Shown: positions 39,831-49,935, numbered from the stretch's first letter. The stretch is DNA of 64,000 nt from Candidatus Latescibacterota bacterium (GCA_965243025.1 CBDETY010000003.1:768001-832000), one strand, 5' to 3'. Notes: generated by a model not told the origin, from the sequence alone. Translations and numbers: made by a program.

Positions 39831-40724
39831 TCAGTTGATCCGGGCGCCGACCCGCAGCGCCGCCTCCTCGACGAACTCCCGGGCGCGCCGGTTCTCCCGG
39901 TCCCCTTCCGGGTAGCTGACGTACACCGGGGAGGCCACGGTCCCGGAGACGCCGACGTCGCGGTAATGCTCGATCGTCAGCACCACCCCGGGGTCGAGCT
40001 GATCGAGGCGCCGCAGGTAGGTCTCGTAGTCCATGCCGCCCATGCCGAGCGGCACCTCGTCGAGCTTGGTTATCAGGTGCCGGTAGTCGAAGTGCACGTC
40101 CTTGGCGTGGGCGGCGACGATGTCGTCGCCGAGCAGGTCGAAGCAGCGGTTGAGAAAGCCGGTGTTGTCGTGGTAGTTGCGGTGGTCGGTCATGTTGACG
40201 GGGTCGAGGATGACCTTGAGGCGCGGCGAGGCGACCTCGTCGAGGATGCCGCGCAGCTGCTCCGGGGCGTCGAGGGGGCCGCGGTTCCCCGGGTGGAAGG
40301 CCATGTCGACGCCGATGCGCTCGGCTTCGGCCGCGGCCTCGGCGGCGCCGGATACCAGCCGTTTCCAGAGATCCTCCGACCACAAGTCCCCGTCCCCGGG
40401 CCCGTCGGCGATGACGCTGACGCCGACGCAGCGGGCGGCGAGGGCGGCGGCGTCCTCGAACCCTTTTGCCAGGGTGGCCACCGCTTCCCGGCGCTGCGCC
40501 GAATCGGTGCCGGCCAGCGGCCAGCCGCACTGGTACAGGGTCACCTCGCCGACGAACATCCCGCGGGCCTCGAACTTGCGCGCGCATTGCCGGATCTCCG
40601 CGTCGCTCCAGCCCTGCACGGCGATATGGCCGAGCCCCCGGACCCCGATCCCCTCGAGACGCTCGAGGGTGCGGTCGACCCGCTCCGGACTGATCCCGTG
40701 CCAGAAGGCGACTCCCAGTCTCAT
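39831..40724 (-). CDS. sugar phosphate isomerase/epimerase, tandem paralog
   Basis: KVILDPVN, AHAKD, TIEH; colinear with 38915..39802. Confidence 0.88.
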   Translation of the reverse strand: MRLGVAFWHGISPERVDRTLERLEGIGVRGLGHIAVQGWSDAEIRQCARKFEARGMFVGEVTLYQCGWPLAGTDSAQRREAVATLAKGFEDAAALAARCVGVSVIADGPGDGDLWSEDLWKRLVSGAAEAAAEAERIGVDMAFHPGNRGPLDAPEQLRGILDEVASPRLKVILDPVNMTDHRNYHDNTGFLNRCFDLLGDDIVAAHAKDVHFDYRHLITKLDEVPLGMGGMDYETYLRRLDQLDPGVVLTIEHYRDVGVSGTVASPVYVSYPEGDRENRRAREFVEEAALRVGARIN

Positions 40725-40792
40725 CGATTCTCTCCTGTCGCGTTTCCCCTGCTGAACAGCATTAAGTTAAGGCATTGGTCCGCGGGGCCCCG

Positions 40793-40882
40793 ATGCAGGA
40801 GGTCGAGACCTTCGGCGGCCTGGTGGTGTGCGATGGCTGGGACCCCGAGGGCCATCGCTTTCAGATATCGAACCGGAGGTAG
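40793..40882 (+). pseudogene. 3' remnant of a VOC/glyoxalase family gene
   Basis: Reads MQEVETFGGLVVCDGWDPEGHRFQISNRR*; DPEG.xF is the VOC C-terminal motif. Confidence 0.55.
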
Positions 40883-40946
40883 CCGTCGATTGGTCCGGTC
40901 TACAGCAACCGGAGGTGCCGGCTGATGAAAAACCGGGGGGCAGACT

Positions 40947-43307
40947 TCAAGGTTCGTCGGGTCGGGGCATGCGGTAACCCACACCCCGGTGGTTGAAGAT
41001 GTAGGCGGGCTTTTTCGGGTCCTCGTCCAGCTTGCGGCGGAGTTTCTTGATGTAGACGCGCACCAGGCCGGTGTTGCCATAGGCCTGCCCGCCCCAGACC
41101 TGGCGGAGCAGGACCTCGTAGGTGGCGACCCGCCCGGCGTTGACCGAGAGCACGCGCAGCAGCTCGAATTCCCTGGCGGTCAGCTCCACGGGGCGGCCGG
41201 CAACGGTCACGCGGCGCTCGGCGTAATGGATGGCCAGATCTCCCAGGGCGAAAGGCTCAGGTTCGGCCCGCCCGCGCAGGGCAGCGCCGATGCGGGCGGC
41301 CAGTTCCGTCGCCGAGAAAGGCTTGACGATGTAGTCGGTGGCGCCGCTGGCGAGCGCTTTGGCGATCGTCTTGTCCCGTCCGTATGCGGAGATGAAAATG
41401 ACCGGCTGGTCGGCGAGTTGGGGAACGGTCCGCATGAGCTCGATGCCGTCGGCATCGGGCAGCATCAGGTCGAGCAGGACCAGGTGGGGCTTCTCCGTCT
41501 CGATGAGACGGGAAAGCTCATGGTGGTCGCCGGCGACCAGGGGGACGTAGCCCGCCTCCGTGAGGGCGTCGCGGACGAAGCGCAGCGTCTGCGGATCGTC
41601 GTCGACCACGAGGATGCGCGGCTGATCGACCTCTTCGGGCCGTAAATCCGGGGGGCCGTGGCCGGGGGCCGGGTCTCGGCCCGCTTCGCTCATAGCCGGG
41701 ACCGTGAAGGTGAAGCGGGAGCCTTGGCCGGGACCGTCGCTCTCGGCCCGGATCCGCCCTCCGTGCGCCTCCACCAGCCCCTTGCAGATGGCCAGGCCCA
41801 GCCCTCCCTCGACACCTCGCTCCCCGTCGGTTTCGCTGCCGCCGGAGTACTTGCGAAACAGGTGCGGCAGGCGCGCGGGCGCTATGCCCTTGCCCTCGTC
41901 GCGGACCGAAACCGCAACATGGACCCCGTCGCGCACCGCGGCGACCCGTATGGGGGACGATCGGGGCGAGTGTCTGGCGGCGTTGGAGAAGAGGTTGTTC
42001 AACACCTGGACGATGCGCCGCGGGTCGACCATCACCCGGGGAAGGTCCGGCGCCAGATCGATGAGGACGTCGTGGCCGTTGCCTCCGGCAAGGAACGTGT
42101 TCCTCGCCCGGTCCACCAGTACGGCCACCTCGGCTGGCTCGGGGGTCACCGAGAGGGTGCCCGAATCGATGCGTCCGGCATCGAGCAGGTCGCTGATCAA
42201 ACCGCGCATGTGATCGGCCTGCTCGGCGATGATCCGGAAGAACGCGCGCATCTCCGCCCGGTCCAGGGTCGACGAGGCTTCCTGCAGGGTGGCGGCCGAT
42301 CCCTTGATGGAGGTCAGGGGCGCGCGGAGCTCGTGGCTCACCATGTCGAGGAACTCCGCCCGCAGCCGCTCGAGTTCCTCCAGGGGCGCCAGGTCCTGCA
42401 GGGTGACGACCACCGATTCGACGGCACCGTCGGCGGCATGGATGGGGGTGCAATTGACCAGCGTGGTGACACTGCGTCCGTCGGGTACGGAGAGCACGAT
42501 TTCCTCGGCGCGCTTCGTCTCGGCGCTGCTGAGTTCGCGGGACAGCGCAAACTGATCGAGGGCGACCTCGCGCCCGTCCGCAAAGCGGCAGGTCATGACC
42601 TGGAGCAATTGCTCGATCGGTTCCCCCTGGGTGCGCAGGACGTCGACGAGGCGCCGCGCTTCCCGGTTGAACGACACCGGGGTGCCGGTGCGGGCATCGA
42701 ACACCGCGACGCCCACCGGCGAGGTGTCGATCAGGGCCTCGAGGTCGCCGCGGGCCCGGCGCTCGTCGCGGTAGGTGCGCGCGTTGGCGATCGCGGCGGC
42801 GGCCTGGGAGGCGAACAGCACCAGGGTCTCCTCGTCCTCGTCGGTGAACGCCGCCTCGTCCTCCTTGTCGACCAGGTAGAAGTTGCCGACGTGTATGCCG
42901 CAGTGGCGCATCGGCGCGCCCTGGAAGGTCCCCCACGGCAGCCGGTCCGCGGAGAACCCCAGGGCGCGCACATAGTCCGGGCCGTCGGCGATCCGCAGCG
43001 GCCCCTCGAGATCGCGGAAGTGCTCGAAGAGGCGCGGGCCGTCCGCCCACTCCACCATCGCCCGGTGCTCGGCCTCGGTGAAGCCTGAGGTGACGAAGTC
43101 CACGGGTTTACCGGTCTCGTCGATGGTGGCAATGGCGGCGTAGCGGGCGCCGGTCAGCGCCCGGGCGCTGTCGGCGATCTCGCGCAGCACGGTGTCGAAG
43201 TCGAGGCTCGAGCCGATGCGCAGGCTCGCAGCGCTCAGCCGCGACAGGCGTTCGCGCAGCGCCGCGTTCTCGCAGGCCAACTTTTCTTTGCTCGTCAACG
43301 GTCCCAT
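40947..43307 (-). CDS. hybrid sensor kinase-response regulator: GAF-PAS-HisKA-HATPase-REC-OmpR wHTH
   Basis: SHELRAPL, NLFSNA, DEGKG, GLGLAIC, VVDDD/LLDLMLP/KPF, LTAREFELL...RGVGYR. Confidence 0.93.
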   Translation of the reverse strand: MGPLTSKEKLACENAALRERLSRLSAASLRIGSSLDFDTVLREIADSARALTGARYAAIATIDETGKPVDFVTSGFTEAEHRAMVEWADGPRLFEHFRDLEGPLRIADGPDYVRALGFSADRLPWGTFQGAPMRHCGIHVGNFYLVDKEDEAAFTDEDEETLVLFASQAAAAIANARTYRDERRARGDLEALIDTSPVGVAVFDARTGTPVSFNREARRLVDVLRTQGEPIEQLLQVMTCRFADGREVALDQFALSRELSSAETKRAEEIVLSVPDGRSVTTLVNCTPIHAADGAVESVVVTLQDLAPLEELERLRAEFLDMVSHELRAPLTSIKGSAATLQEASSTLDRAEMRAFFRIIAEQADHMRGLISDLLDAGRIDSGTLSVTPEPAEVAVLVDRARNTFLAGGNGHDVLIDLAPDLPRVMVDPRRIVQVLNNLFSNAARHSPRSSPIRVAAVRDGVHVAVSVRDEGKGIAPARLPHLFRKYSGGSETDGERGVEGGLGLAICKGLVEAHGGRIRAESDGPGQGSRFTFTVPAMSEAGRDPAPGHGPPDLRPEEVDQPRILVVDDDPQTLRFVRDALTEAGYVPLVAGDHHELSRLIETEKPHLVLLDLMLPDADGIELMRTVPQLADQPVIFISAYGRDKTIAKALASGATDYIVKPFSATELAARIGAALRGRAEPEPFALGDLAIHYAERRVTVAGRPVELTAREFELLRVLSVNAGRVATYEVLLRQVWGGQAYGNTGLVRVYIKKLRRKLDEDPKKPAYIFNHRGVGYRMPRPDEP

Positions 43308-43847
43308 CTCCTCCTGTTCCTCCTCCGGATCGGTTCCCCCCGAACCGGCGCGGAGTCGATGGACAGCGGCAAGATCCGGGCCCGGGCCCTGTCCGCATGG
43401 GAGTGGTCGGATTCGGGCGGAGGGGAAGGATTCATCAAAAGATCTCTCAAATTACACCGTTCGTTCACAAATATAAACGGTTTATTCACTGAAAAGATAT
43501 AGGAAATGGGGTATTTTCTAAACGATTCCTTCATACCTCCCCACTGCGCTTCCCGGCTCTCCAGACGCATGAGGGGAAGCGAAGCCGGCTGTCACACCTC
43601 AGGAAGAAACCGTTACCGGGAGGAACCGGGGTCATGCTTTGGAAGGTCCGGCGGTATGACTCTCCCCGGGACGAGGCCGACGGGCTGAGTTCGACATCCG
43701 GTTCAACCTTGCGGTCGACATCAAGTTGACGGCCAAGTTCTGCAGCCCCGAAGACTTGGTCCTGGAGGAGGGCTTCGGCCTCGACAGGACGCCGGGGCAA
43801 CTGGAGCCCGACATGGTCCGGGTCCCGGGGCCGGCTGCGGGGAATCG

Positions 43848-45116
43848 GTGATGCTTTCGGTCCGCGAGGCGGTACGATCCGGTGCAGCCAACCTGGTGGT
43901 CCTGCCGGAGCGCTGGCAGAGCGGACTGGCGTACAACCCGCTGTCGGCCCGGATGGTCCGGGATCCCTATCCCGTGTATGCGACCCTGCGCGCCAGGGCA
44001 CCGGTGCACCGCAGCCGGTTGCTGAAGGCCTGGCTTTTCACCCGCCATGCCGATGTGGACGCGATCCTGCGCGACCATCGGCGCTTCGGCAACGATCCGC
44101 GCAAGGGTACGTTGTCGTCTCGACAGCGGGCCATGCTGCCGCCCCCGGACGAATTCTCGCTGCTGTACCTGGATCCCCCGGACCACACGCGGCTTCGGGC
44201 GCATGTCAGCAAAGCTTTTTCGCCGAAAGCGGTCGAGGCGTTCGAGCCCCGCATCCGCGGGATTCTGGGTGACCTGCTGGACGACATCGACGACCCGGCC
44301 TCCTTCGATCTCATGGAAGCGGTGGCCGGGCCTCTTCCCGCGATCGTCATCGCCGAGATGCTGGGTTTTCCCGCCGAAGACCGGGCCCGGTTCAAAGCCT
44401 GGTCGGCGCAGCGCGCGCGTCTTCTGGAGCCGACGGGAAGCCGGCGCGAAGGCGAGGCCGGCAGAAAGGTCTCGCTGGCGTTCGACGCCTACTCCCGGCC
44501 GATCCTCGAGGAGCGTCGGGCTTCGCCGCGCGACGATATCGTCAGCGCCCTGGTGCGGGCGCAGGACCGAGGGGGGCTCCTGAGCGAACGGGAGATCCTG
44601 AACCTGCTGCGGCTGCTGCTGGCCGCCGGCAGCGAGACCACCACGAACCTGATCGGCAACGGCATCCTCGCCCTTCTCCGCCATCCCGATCAGCTTCGGC
44701 GGCTCCGGGAAGCCCCGGGCCTGATCCCGGGAGCCGTGGAGGAACTGCTCCGTTTCGACGCTCCGGTGCAGGCGGATATCCGGCGTGTGCTGACCGACTG
44801 CGAGGTGAACGGCATCCCGTTGCGGAAAGGCGACACCGTCGTGCCTCTCCTGGGCGCCGCCAACCGGGACCCGGAGGCGTTCGACCATCCGGACCGGCTC
44901 GATGTCGAGCGCCGCCCGGTTCCCCACCTTTCGTTCGGCAGCGGGATCCACCATTGCCTCGGGGCGCCCCTGGCGCGTCAGCAGGGCAGGATCGTTCTCG
45001 AGATGCTTCTCGCCCGGTTCCGGTCGATGAGCCTGCTCGGGGACCGCCCCCGGTTTCGCAGGAGCATCATATTCCGAAGCCTGGAGTCCCTCCCCCTGCG
45101 CTGCGTCCCCTCCTGA
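43848..45116 (+). CDS. cytochrome P450
   Basis: DPPDHTRLR, AGSETT, EELLR, AANRDP, FGSGIHHCLG. Confidence 0.96.
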   Translation: MMLSVREAVRSGAANLVVLPERWQSGLAYNPLSARMVRDPYPVYATLRARAPVHRSRLLKAWLFTRHADVDAILRDHRRFGNDPRKGTLSSRQRAMLPPPDEFSLLYLDPPDHTRLRAHVSKAFSPKAVEAFEPRIRGILGDLLDDIDDPASFDLMEAVAGPLPAIVIAEMLGFPAEDRARFKAWSAQRARLLEPTGSRREGEAGRKVSLAFDAYSRPILEERRASPRDDIVSALVRAQDRGGLLSEREILNLLRLLLAAGSETTTNLIGNGILALLRHPDQLRRLREAPGLIPGAVEELLRFDAPVQADIRRVLTDCEVNGIPLRKGDTVVPLLGAANRDPEAFDHPDRLDVERRPVPHLSFGSGIHHCLGAPLARQQGRIVLEMLLARFRSMSLLGDRPRFRRSIIFRSLESLPLRCVPS

Positions 45117-45191
45117 GGCGGGGTCGCGTGAGTCCCCCGAAGCCTGGTCCCTCGCTGCTCCAAGGGAGTATCCGGAAGTCAGGGCACTGTC

Positions 45192-46343
45192 ATGAGTGAG
45201 CGCGACGCGTTCGATCGCGTTCTGGGATTGTTGCACGAAGCTGCCCTCGACGAGGCCCGCTTTCCCGCCGCCTCCGCCCTCATCGACGAGGCGTTGGGGG
45301 CGAAGGGGAATTCGCTGGTGTTCGGAGCAGGGCGACCCGGGGAGGGCGTCCAGATCTTCTACGCCGGGTTCTTCTACCGCGGGCAACGTAACCGGGAATT
45401 GGAGCGCAGGTATTTCGATGTCTACTACCCCCGGGACGAACGCATTCCGCGCCTCCGGGGCCTGCCCGACAGCCAGCTGGTCCACTGCAGGGACCTCTAC
45501 ACGGACGCGGAGTTGAAGCGCTCCCCGGCCTGGAACGAGGCGCTGCCTCTCGGCCACACCCAGAACAGTCTCAACGTGCGCCTGGATGGACCGGACGGCA
45601 CGCGCATCGTCTGGGTCGTCAACGACCCCGTCGACACGGACGGCTGGTCGTCTTCGCAGATCGAATCGGTCCGGCGCCTCCTGCCTCACATCCGCCAATA
45701 CGTGAGAGTCCGCCAGGCACTGGCCAACGCAGGAGCCCTCGGAACGTCGCTGGACGACATGCTGGACACCGCCGGGTCGGGTATCGTCCAGTTGGACTGG
45801 CGCGGACGGATCCTCGAGGCGAACGACCGCGCCCGGGAAATGCTTCGAGTCGACGACGGCCTTTTCGACGAGGGCGGGTTCCTGTTTGCGCGCGAGCCGG
45901 AGGACAACGCCGGCCTTCAACGACTGCTGAGCCGTGCGTTGCCGCCTTTCGGCGCCCGGGGCGTCGCCGGCTCGATGATGGTAAGGCGTTCGGAGGTTTT
46001 TTCCCCGCTCCGGTTGCACGTCACCCCGGCGGGCAGCCGGGAGACGGAGTACCGCGCCTGGCCGGTGGCGGCGCTGGTGTTGGTAACCGACCCGGGAAGC
46101 GAGACCCCTGTCGATCCGGGTCTCGTAGGGTCGGCCCTCGGCCTGTCGCAGGTGGAGAGCCGGGTGGCGGCGCTACTGGCCGAAGGCAAGACCGTCAGCG
46201 AGATCGCTGCGGCGACAGGGCGCAAGGTAAGCACCATCCGTACGCACGTGCAGCACATTTTCGCCAAGCTCGGAATCAACCGCCAGGCAGACCTTGTGCG
46301 GCTGGTGCTTTCGAAGGTGGACGCTCCTCCCCCTCGTCGTTGA
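45192..46343 (+). CDS. LuxR-type HTH regulator with GAF/PAS-like sensory region
   Basis: LSQVESRVAALLAEGKTVSEIA...STIRTHVQHIFAKLGINRQADLV; PAS-like GRILEAN. Confidence 0.92.
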   Translation: MSERDAFDRVLGLLHEAALDEARFPAASALIDEALGAKGNSLVFGAGRPGEGVQIFYAGFFYRGQRNRELERRYFDVYYPRDERIPRLRGLPDSQLVHCRDLYTDAELKRSPAWNEALPLGHTQNSLNVRLDGPDGTRIVWVVNDPVDTDGWSSSQIESVRRLLPHIRQYVRVRQALANAGALGTSLDDMLDTAGSGIVQLDWRGRILEANDRAREMLRVDDGLFDEGGFLFAREPEDNAGLQRLLSRALPPFGARGVAGSMMVRRSEVFSPLRLHVTPAGSRETEYRAWPVAALVLVTDPGSETPVDPGLVGSALGLSQVESRVAALLAEGKTVSEIAAATGRKVSTIRTHVQHIFAKLGINRQADLVRLVLSKVDAPPPRR

Positions 46344-46423
46344 AGGCGAGCGGAAGCGCTGTCGCGGCTGACCTCGGCCGTACCCCCGCAGTTCCCCCGG
46401 ATTTCCCCGAAAAACTCCTGAAT

Positions 46424-46441
46424 ATCATCAATTTTGATGAT
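46424..46441. promoter_or_regulatory. palindromic operator (putative LuxR-family box), copy 1
   Basis: ATCATCAA-TT-TTGATGAT downstream of luxR; conserved in the copy at 56074-56089. Confidence 0.65.
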
Positions 46442-46599
46442 TCAAAACTTCGCTTGCTGGTTTAAGTTTCAAATTGATCGGATGCATCCCCGATGCAGGG
46501 TCGAAGGATTTCAAGGCTCTCTACGGTGATAATCTCATTGGCATCGGTGGGTTGGAAAAGGAACGGATCCATGAAGCGGTCATTTCGCTTGAGACACCG

Positions 46600-46737
46600 G
46601 GAGGTCTATAATGAATGGATGAGATACCAAATTTAATTTTTTGATTTCCAAGAACCCTGATTCCACAGGAGGTCTGATTATAAATAGATGAGATACCAAA
46701 TTTAATTTTGATGTCCAAGTTACCCTCTGAATTCCAC
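46600..46737 (+). repeat. AT-rich tandem duplication, two units, period 69 nt
   Basis: Exact GATGAGATACCAAATTTAATTTT at 46618 and 46687; flanks GGAGGTCT and ATTCCAC shared. Confidence 0.85.
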
Positions 46738-46782
46738 TTTAGTTCCCGTTCGTCACGTCCAGGTCCTTGAAGCTGCCGAGAG

Positions 46783-49700
46783 ATGAAAATGAAAAATCGA
46801 ACAGGTAATCTCTGGTGCACCCTGCGTCCAGGTCCGATCGCTGCCCTGATCGGCCTGCTTGGGTCGATCGCGTTTCACGACCCCGCCCAGGGCAGCGGAT
46901 TCTACCTCGAATGCTCTACTACAGAGGTTCGGGAAGGCGATTCTTTTGAAGTCACCTTGGTGTACACAGGAACCGTCGGTTCAAATTCATACATAGGCGC
47001 GGCCTGGCACACCGAGGCGGGTACGGCCGACTCCACCGACTACGTGCCCCAGGATACAGAAATCATCTGGGGCAGCAGGGAAGATTCGGCGGACAGCCGG
47101 CTGGACCGCACTTTCCGCACCCGTGAAGACACCCTGATGGAAGGGAACGAGACCTTCACGGTTTTCTTCACCCCCACGAGCAACGTCGTGAACATGAACG
47201 ACCCCGACCGCGACAACAGGTGCGGAATCACCATCATCGACGACGACCCCGGCATCACTGACGTCGACATCGTCTCGACCCCGGCCAGGGACGAAACCTA
47301 CGGAGTGGGCGAGACCATCAGGTTCGGGGCGACCTTCAGCCGCGCGGTGGAGGTGGACGGCAATCCGGCACTTGGCCTCCGGGTCGGCAGCAACTGGAGG
47401 TCCGCCCGTTACCTCTGGGGTTCCGGCACCAGGAGACTGGCGTTCGGCTACACGGTGAGGTCCGAGGACAGCGACGAGGACGGCGTCTCAATGGGCGGAG
47501 GCTACCAGGACAGTGAAGGCCAGTGGCACAACTTCATCAACCACACCGCGGTCACGGCCGTGGGAACCGACACCGTGGCCTACCGGGGTTATGCCGGCAT
47601 CGATGATCAGTCGCGCCACAAGGTGAACGGCTACCTCACTCCCATCGGCACCGGAATGGAGATCACTTCCACGCCTTCCGGTGGGGACAGCACCTACCGC
47701 TACGGGGAGACCATCACCGTTGCCCTCACCTTCAGCGCGGCCGTGGACGTTGACGGGACGGTTCTGTTGAACGCTCGAGTGGGAACCGGTGACGACACCT
47801 GGCGCGGGGCCAGGTACCAGGAGGGCTCCGGCACCCGAACCCTGGTCTTCGGCTACACGGTGCAGTCGAAAGACCTGGATACCGACGGATTCAGGGTGGA
47901 GGGAAGCTACGTCCAGGACGGTGTCCGCCGCGGTTTCGGCGGCAACGGCACCGTAAAGGTCAAGGGCTCGGACACCGAGGTTGTCCCACCGAACTTCTCC
48001 GGCCTGTCGGACCAGTCCGGCCACAAGCTGGACGGCCGGCCATACGCCAGAGCGATCTCCATCACCTCCACCCCCACGGCCAGGAGCGATACCTACGGCA
48101 AGGGCGACGTAATCCAGGTCAGCATCGACTTCGGCCAGGCAGTGGACGCCGCGGACAGTGTATTCGCCATCATCAGGATGGGTTCGATCTGGAACCAGCG
48201 GCATCCCCCCGTCGTTTCGGGCAGCGGCACCGACACTCTGCGGTTCGAGTACGAGGTCGTGGAAGGGGACCGGGACAGCAACGGGATCGACGCCTTCCTC
48301 CCCCATGGCCTGAACATCAAGGCTGCGGGCACCGACATCGCCTACCTGCCCAACCCTGGAGGCGAGACTCCCGCCATGGGCGAAAACCCGGCCCACAAGG
48401 TGGACGGCAGGCTCATAGGAAACGACACCCGGGCCCCCACCATCTCTTCGATAACCTTCACCGACAGTCCGGGGCCGGGTGCGGATTCCACCTACGTCGC
48501 CGACGACTACATCGGGGTCTGGGTGACCTTCAGCGAGAGCGTGCTCGCCACCGGCGCCCCCCAGGTGGAGCTCGACGTCGGCGGCAGGGCGCGGATGGCC
48601 GAGTACGGACAACTGGCCGGGGGAAGGACGATCGACCCGAAGGTCCAGGGCGTCGCCAACCCCACGTTGGTATTCGGCTACACCGTGCAGGAAGGGGACG
48701 TCGACAGCGACGGCATCTCCATCGGAGAGAACAAGGTGTCACTCAACGGCGGCACGATCGCTGACGAGGCCGACAACGCGGCGGTGCTGACCCACAGCGC
48801 CGTGGCGGCCGACCCGGGGCACAAGGTGGACGCACCGGACGACACGGCGCCGACCGTGTCGTCGGTGGCCATCACCTCGAGCGCCGGGGACGACTCCACC
48901 TACGCCATCGGCGACAGCGTCCGGGTGACAGTGACCTTCAGCGAGGACGTGACGGTGAACGTGGGCGGCACCCTGCAGCTGCGGGTCGAGCTGGATGTCG
49001 GCGGCACCGCCAAAAACGCGGACTACCACAGCAGCGATTCATCGGATGTGGTCTTCAACTACACGGTGGTTTCCGGGGATGAGGATGCCGACGGCATATC
49101 GATCAGCGCGGACAAGATCAGCCTGGACGACGGCACCATCCGGGACGCGGCGGACAACGATGCGACCCTGACCCATACGGCGGTGGCCGCGGATGCCGCC
49201 CGCAAGGTGGACGGCGTGCGCCCGGCCTTCTCGAGCGCCAAGACCTCCACGGACGGCACGAAGGTGATCGTCACCTTCAGCGAGGAGACCACCGTGCCGG
49301 CGCTGCTGCGCTCGATCAGCACCATGGTGAACGTCGCCCTGGACCGGTTCTACATCGCGGTCGTGGGCGTTACCGTGGACGACGACGAGGTGGTCCCAAC
49401 CGCCGCGAGTCTTGCCGATACCACCCTCACAATGACTTTGGGATCGGCTGTAACCCAGAGCCAGGAAGTGGAGGTGGCCTACGACAACATCTTCGCCCGC
49501 GACGCCGTCGGCCTCTTCATCGACGGGGCCGGCAACGCCCTGCACCCCTTCTCCTCCCGGGATGTCACCAACAACTCCACGGTTGCCGACGCCGACACGG
49601 GGGACGACCCGCCGGCCCTGACGCTGAGCCACACGGAGCTCGAGATCACCGAAGGGGCGACCTTCGACTACACCGTGGTCCTGGGAAGCGAGCCCACGGC

Positions 49701-49935
49701 GGGCGTGACCGTGACGGTTACGAGCTCTTCGAGCAAGCTTTCGGCGAATTCGACAACCCTCACGTTCACCACCGACGACTGGGAGACGGAGCAGTCGGTA
49801 ACGCTCACCGCCAACCAGGACGACGACGAGCTCAACTACTGGGTGAGCGTGGCGCACACGGCCAGCGGCGGAGGCTACGACTCGTCGTCGGCGAACCTGT
49901 ACGTAGTCATCGACGACGACGATGACCACGAATAG
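46783..49935 (+). CDS. secreted adhesin-like protein A: Calx-beta, 5 Ig-like repeats, SwmB-like domain, acidic C-terminal domain
   Basis: Signal-like N-terminus; EGNETF...IIDDD; repeats TY..G..I...TFS...GSGT..L.F.Y.V...D.D.DG; IDGAGN; ends IDDDDDHE. Confidence 0.82.
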   Translation: MKMKNRTGNLWCTLRPGPIAALIGLLGSIAFHDPAQGSGFYLECSTTEVREGDSFEVTLVYTGTVGSNSYIGAAWHTEAGTADSTDYVPQDTEIIWGSREDSADSRLDRTFRTREDTLMEGNETFTVFFTPTSNVVNMNDPDRDNRCGITIIDDDPGITDVDIVSTPARDETYGVGETIRFGATFSRAVEVDGNPALGLRVGSNWRSARYLWGSGTRRLAFGYTVRSEDSDEDGVSMGGGYQDSEGQWHNFINHTAVTAVGTDTVAYRGYAGIDDQSRHKVNGYLTPIGTGMEITSTPSGGDSTYRYGETITVALTFSAAVDVDGTVLLNARVGTGDDTWRGARYQEGSGTRTLVFGYTVQSKDLDTDGFRVEGSYVQDGVRRGFGGNGTVKVKGSDTEVVPPNFSGLSDQSGHKLDGRPYARAISITSTPTARSDTYGKGDVIQVSIDFGQAVDAADSVFAIIRMGSIWNQRHPPVVSGSGTDTLRFEYEVVEGDRDSNGIDAFLPHGLNIKAAGTDIAYLPNPGGETPAMGENPAHKVDGRLIGNDTRAPTISSITFTDSPGPGADSTYVADDYIGVWVTFSESVLATGAPQVELDVGGRARMAEYGQLAGGRTIDPKVQGVANPTLVFGYTVQEGDVDSDGISIGENKVSLNGGTIADEADNAAVLTHSAVAADPGHKVDAPDDTAPTVSSVAITSSAGDDSTYAIGDSVRVTVTFSEDVTVNVGGTLQLRVELDVGGTAKNADYHSSDSSDVVFNYTVVSGDEDADGISISADKISLDDGTIRDAADNDATLTHTAVAADAARKVDGVRPAFSSAKTSTDGTKVIVTFSEETTVPALLRSISTMVNVALDRFYIAVVGVTVDDDEVVPTAASLADTTLTMTLGSAVTQSQEVEVAYDNIFARDAVGLFIDGAGNALHPFSSRDVTNNSTVADADTGDDPPALTLSHTELEITEGATFDYTVVLGSEPTAGVTVTVTSSSSKLSANSTTLTFTTDDWETEQSVTLTANQDDDELNYWVSVAHTASGGGYDSSSANLYVVIDDDDDHE

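Noticed and set aside
46618-46709. CRISPR mini-array (23-nt repeat, 69-nt period)
   Set aside because: Only two copies, the intervening sequence is also homologous, and there are no cas genes; it is a tandem duplication.
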